Shown here one piece after another: positions 26,808 through 28,685 of a DNA stretch of 28,685 nt; the first letter of the stretch is position 1; each line of letters opens with the position of its first letter. The position numbers and the translations under genes are program-made. Under the pieces are notes generated by a model. The model made no database searches. It worked only from the letters and a program-made list of their open reading frames with translations, and was not told the origin of the DNA. The DNA is from a virus (lineage: Duplodnaviria > Caudoviricetes). The stretch lies in the IMG/VR virus record IMGVR_UViG_3300044637_001165, positions 1-28,685 of that record. One strand, given 5' to 3'.

Positions 26808-27083
26808 ATGACAGAACAAGGTAACCAAAACATTCGTAGTAAGGTTAAGACGCCAGGAAAAGAAGAAGTTATTGCCTTTAGATTAGAAAAGAATGACTGC
26901 GTTGACTTAGATAAGGCTGTGCAAGATCTTGGGATTAAGAGCGTCAAGTCACGTGGGCATGTGAGCCGTAAGATTGTCAAGGACTTTCTCATGGGTCGGC
27001 TGGTGTACATCACACCGGAACACCAGTTGTTGGACCCTGCTCGGAATCGTCCGATCCATCCAGGTCTTGTGGATTTAGTTTGA
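26808..27083 (+). CDS. Small basic protein, ribbon-helix-helix-like DNA binder
   Basis: EVIAFRLEKNDCVDLDKAVQDLG...SRGHVSRKIVKDFL: an alternating beta strand followed by two helices. Confidence 0.55.
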   Translation: MTEQGNQNIRSKVKTPGKEEVIAFRLEKNDCVDLDKAVQDLGIKSVKSRGHVSRKIVKDFLMGRLVYITPEHQLLDPARNRPIHPGLVDLV

Positions 27084-27375
27084 CTCTAAAAGCAAAGTGA
27101 GTCTGGCCTTTCTGCTCAAAAGAGAATGAAGTGTTTGGCTCAGCAATAAAAGCCTTGATCACATCCACTTGCTCTTCAGGCACTTTTCTGAAGAGCAGTT
27201 CGACAACGTAGTCATTTCCTTCCTTAAGAATCTGAGTGGCCTCAAGAAATGACATCAAGGCAGGAGATGTCATGAGTCTCAACAGAAGACGGTCCATGTA
27301 GGCTTTGGCCTTTTCGTCCAAAACCTCACTAGCAGTGTCTTCCATCAGAAATTGTAAAATTCGATCAATTGTCAC
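27010..27375 (-). CDS. Hypothetical acidic protein, putative head-associated
   Basis: 121 aa, leader MTIDRILQFLMED; TACTTA 4 nt upstream of the GTG. Confidence 0.65.
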   Translation of the reverse strand: MTIDRILQFLMEDTASEVLDEKAKAYMDRLLLRLMTSPALMSFLEATQILKEGNDYVVELLFRKVPEEQVDVIKAFIAEPNTSFSFEQKGQTHFAFRVKLNPQDLDGSDDSEQGPTTGVPV

Positions 27376-27379
27376 GGCT

Positions 27380-27394
27380 TAAGTACAGTTCTTG
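27380..27394. promoter_or_regulatory. Back-to-back bidirectional element TAAGTACAGTTCTTG
   Basis: Reverse complement CAAGAACTGTACTTA matches 20171-20185 at 14/15; sits in a 24-bp divergent gap. Confidence 0.65.
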
Positions 27395-27399
27395 AATTT

Positions 27400-27909
27400 G
27401 TGATTGAACCCATTAAGGCTGAGTGGAAATGGCGCACATGTGAGGATCTGCCAACACCAGCTCCATATGTTACCACCTCTGGCTTTGCTGTAGATCCTCA
27501 AGGTAATTTTCCACTCATCTATCGTGGTCCCAATGTCCGTTCTGCAAAGAACTGCTGGTCATTGCCATCTGGGTTGCACGAATGTGGTTTTACTCTGGCT
27601 CAACAGTTTGCAGTGGAACTGGGTGAGGAGCTGAATCTTGAAGCAGATCCAACCAGAGGTAAGATCATTGGTGTCTATGAGAACATAGCAGCCATAGACA
27701 AGTGGCACTGGGTCATTGCTGTGCTTGTCATGCCTGTAAAGACTTTGGACACAATAGTGAACAAGGAACCGGATAAGCATCCAGAGATCAGAAAAGCTCA
27801 CTACACTCAACTCACTGAGATACTTGGTCTTGACTGGGCGCCACAATTGGGTCCATTCATCCAAGAGAATGCTAGTTCCATTCGAAAATCAATTGTAAGG
27901 TTGCTCTGA
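27400..27909 (+). CDS. Nudix-fold hydrolase with degenerate Nudix box
   Basis: LIYRG...WSLPSGLHECGFTLAQQFAVELGEELNL...NKEPDKH. Confidence 0.8.
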   Translation: MIEPIKAEWKWRTCEDLPTPAPYVTTSGFAVDPQGNFPLIYRGPNVRSAKNCWSLPSGLHECGFTLAQQFAVELGEELNLEADPTRGKIIGVYENIAAIDKWHWVIAVLVMPVKTLDTIVNKEPDKHPEIRKAHYTQLTEILGLDWAPQLGPFIQENASSIRKSIVRLL

Positions 27910-28685
27910 TGCGATTTCTAATCTATGGTGATCTCCAGGCCTCTGACGGCCATGAGAGGTGTTTCAATGATCCAACCATGCCATTGCAAAGATGGCGTGT
28001 CAACAGGATCATGGACTTTCTCAAGGAAACCTATGACACACACAAGTGTGATGGCCTGATTGATCTTGGTGACACCACAGATGACAGACAGGCTATTCCC
28101 ATTCCCACTATACATTCTGTCCTTACGCCGCTGTCTTCTTTCAAAGGCAAAAATATAAAACTCATGGGCAACCATGAGCAATGGTTGAGGAGCACTGAGG
28201 TTCACCCTGGTGTGATGTACAACAACATCTTCAAAGTGGTTAAATCCCATGAAGTGATTGATTTCCCAGGGTGTGAAGCTGTCTTTGCGTGTGTCTCATA
28301 CATTGACAATGAGGAAGAGCTAAAGAAGATCGTCATTGAAACAGTCAAGAAAGCACAAGAAAAAGCTGGCGGTAGGAAGGTTATACTTCTTGGACACTTC
28401 TCAATTCAAGGAGCCACCGCCCATGGTGTTACACTTCAAGATGGTCTGGCCAATGATGATATTCCAAAGGTCGATGCAGCCTTTTTTGGTCACATTCACA
28501 AATTCCAAGAGTTAAAGCCAGGGTGCTTCTATGTTGGCTCACCATTCCAACAAGACTTCGGTGAGATGAATGATACGAAGTATGTGATGGTCCTTGACAC
28601 AAAAAGTGGAAAAGCCCAACTGGTAGATACCAAGATGCCACAGTATAGGCGGCATACCTTGGACCAATTTGAAGCCACTGTCAGA
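27909..28685 (+). CDS. Mre11/SbcD (T4 gp47-like) metallophosphoesterase nuclease; runs off the window end
   Basis: Not in the ORF track. TGATG overlap with the Nudix gene. Hand translation: MRFLIYGDLQ...IDLGDTTD...LMGNHE...ILLGH...FFGHIHK...YVGSPFQQDFGE. Confidence 0.9.
   Translation, partial: MRFLIYGDLQASDGHERCFNDPTMPLQRWRVNRIMDFLKETYDTHKCDGLIDLGDTTDDRQAIPIPTIHSVLTPLSSFKGKNIKLMGNHEQWLRSTEVHPGVMYNNIFKVVKSHEVIDFPGCEAVFACVSYIDNEEELKKIVIETVKKAQEKAGGRKVILLGHFSIQGATAHGVTLQDGLANDDIPKVDAAFFGHIHKFQELKPGCFYVGSPFQQDFGEMNDTKYVMVLDTKSGKAQLVDTKMPQYRRHTLDQFEATVR

Noticed and set aside
26765-27013. 82-aa minus-strand ORF bridging the 27375 gene and the portal with 4-nt overlaps
   Set aside because: It is antisense to the RHH-like gene, which has more protein-like sequence and its own upstream motif. 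The neat overlaps mean it cannot be fully excluded.
27918-28641. Minus-strand ORFs 27918..28250 and 28429..28641
   Set aside because: Shadows of the plus-strand Mre11/SbcD-like gene that the track missed because it runs off the window.
1-28685. tRNA, CRISPR array, diversity-generating retroelement, intein or stop-codon reassignment (all known in large phages)
   Set aside because: By eye I found no cloverleaf, spaced repeats, reverse transcriptase or Hint motifs. Conserved genes are full length in code 11, and TAG, TGA and TAA all end genes at coupled junctions.

Overview
A gene-dense piece of a large lytic myovirus (T4-like/jumbo-phage type) genome, read in the standard genetic code. Virion genes: a T4 gp20-type portal, a PKD+gp25 baseplate-wedge fusion, a 2225-aa baseplate/adhesin-like protein, and several fibre-like, collagen-like and IPT-domain proteins. 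Nucleic-acid genes: ThyA, UvsW-like helicase, HU/IHF-like protein, degenerate Nudix, Mre11/SbcD(gp47)-like nuclease, and an RHH-like protein. It also carries a classic-clade AAA ATPase, GT2/GT9 glycosyltransferases, an FkbM methyltransferase and an array of unknown small proteins. Two patterns stand out. (1) Nearly every transcription-unit head lacks an obvious Shine-Dalgarno site and instead has one of two hexamers 3-9 nt before the start codon: TAGTTA-type before virion/late-looking genes and GTTCTT-type before DNA-metabolism genes. The two are fused back-to-back as CAAGAACTGTA(G/C)TTA in two tiny divergent gaps. (2) A set of otherwise unrelated proteins, including the AAA ATPase, share short terminal tags (x-[KR]-[IL]-[IL]-G and L/I-x-E) that look like capsid-targeting and prohead-protease signals. 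I saw no tRNA, rRNA, CRISPR array or mobile element. All family calls come from motif recognition by eye, not database searches.
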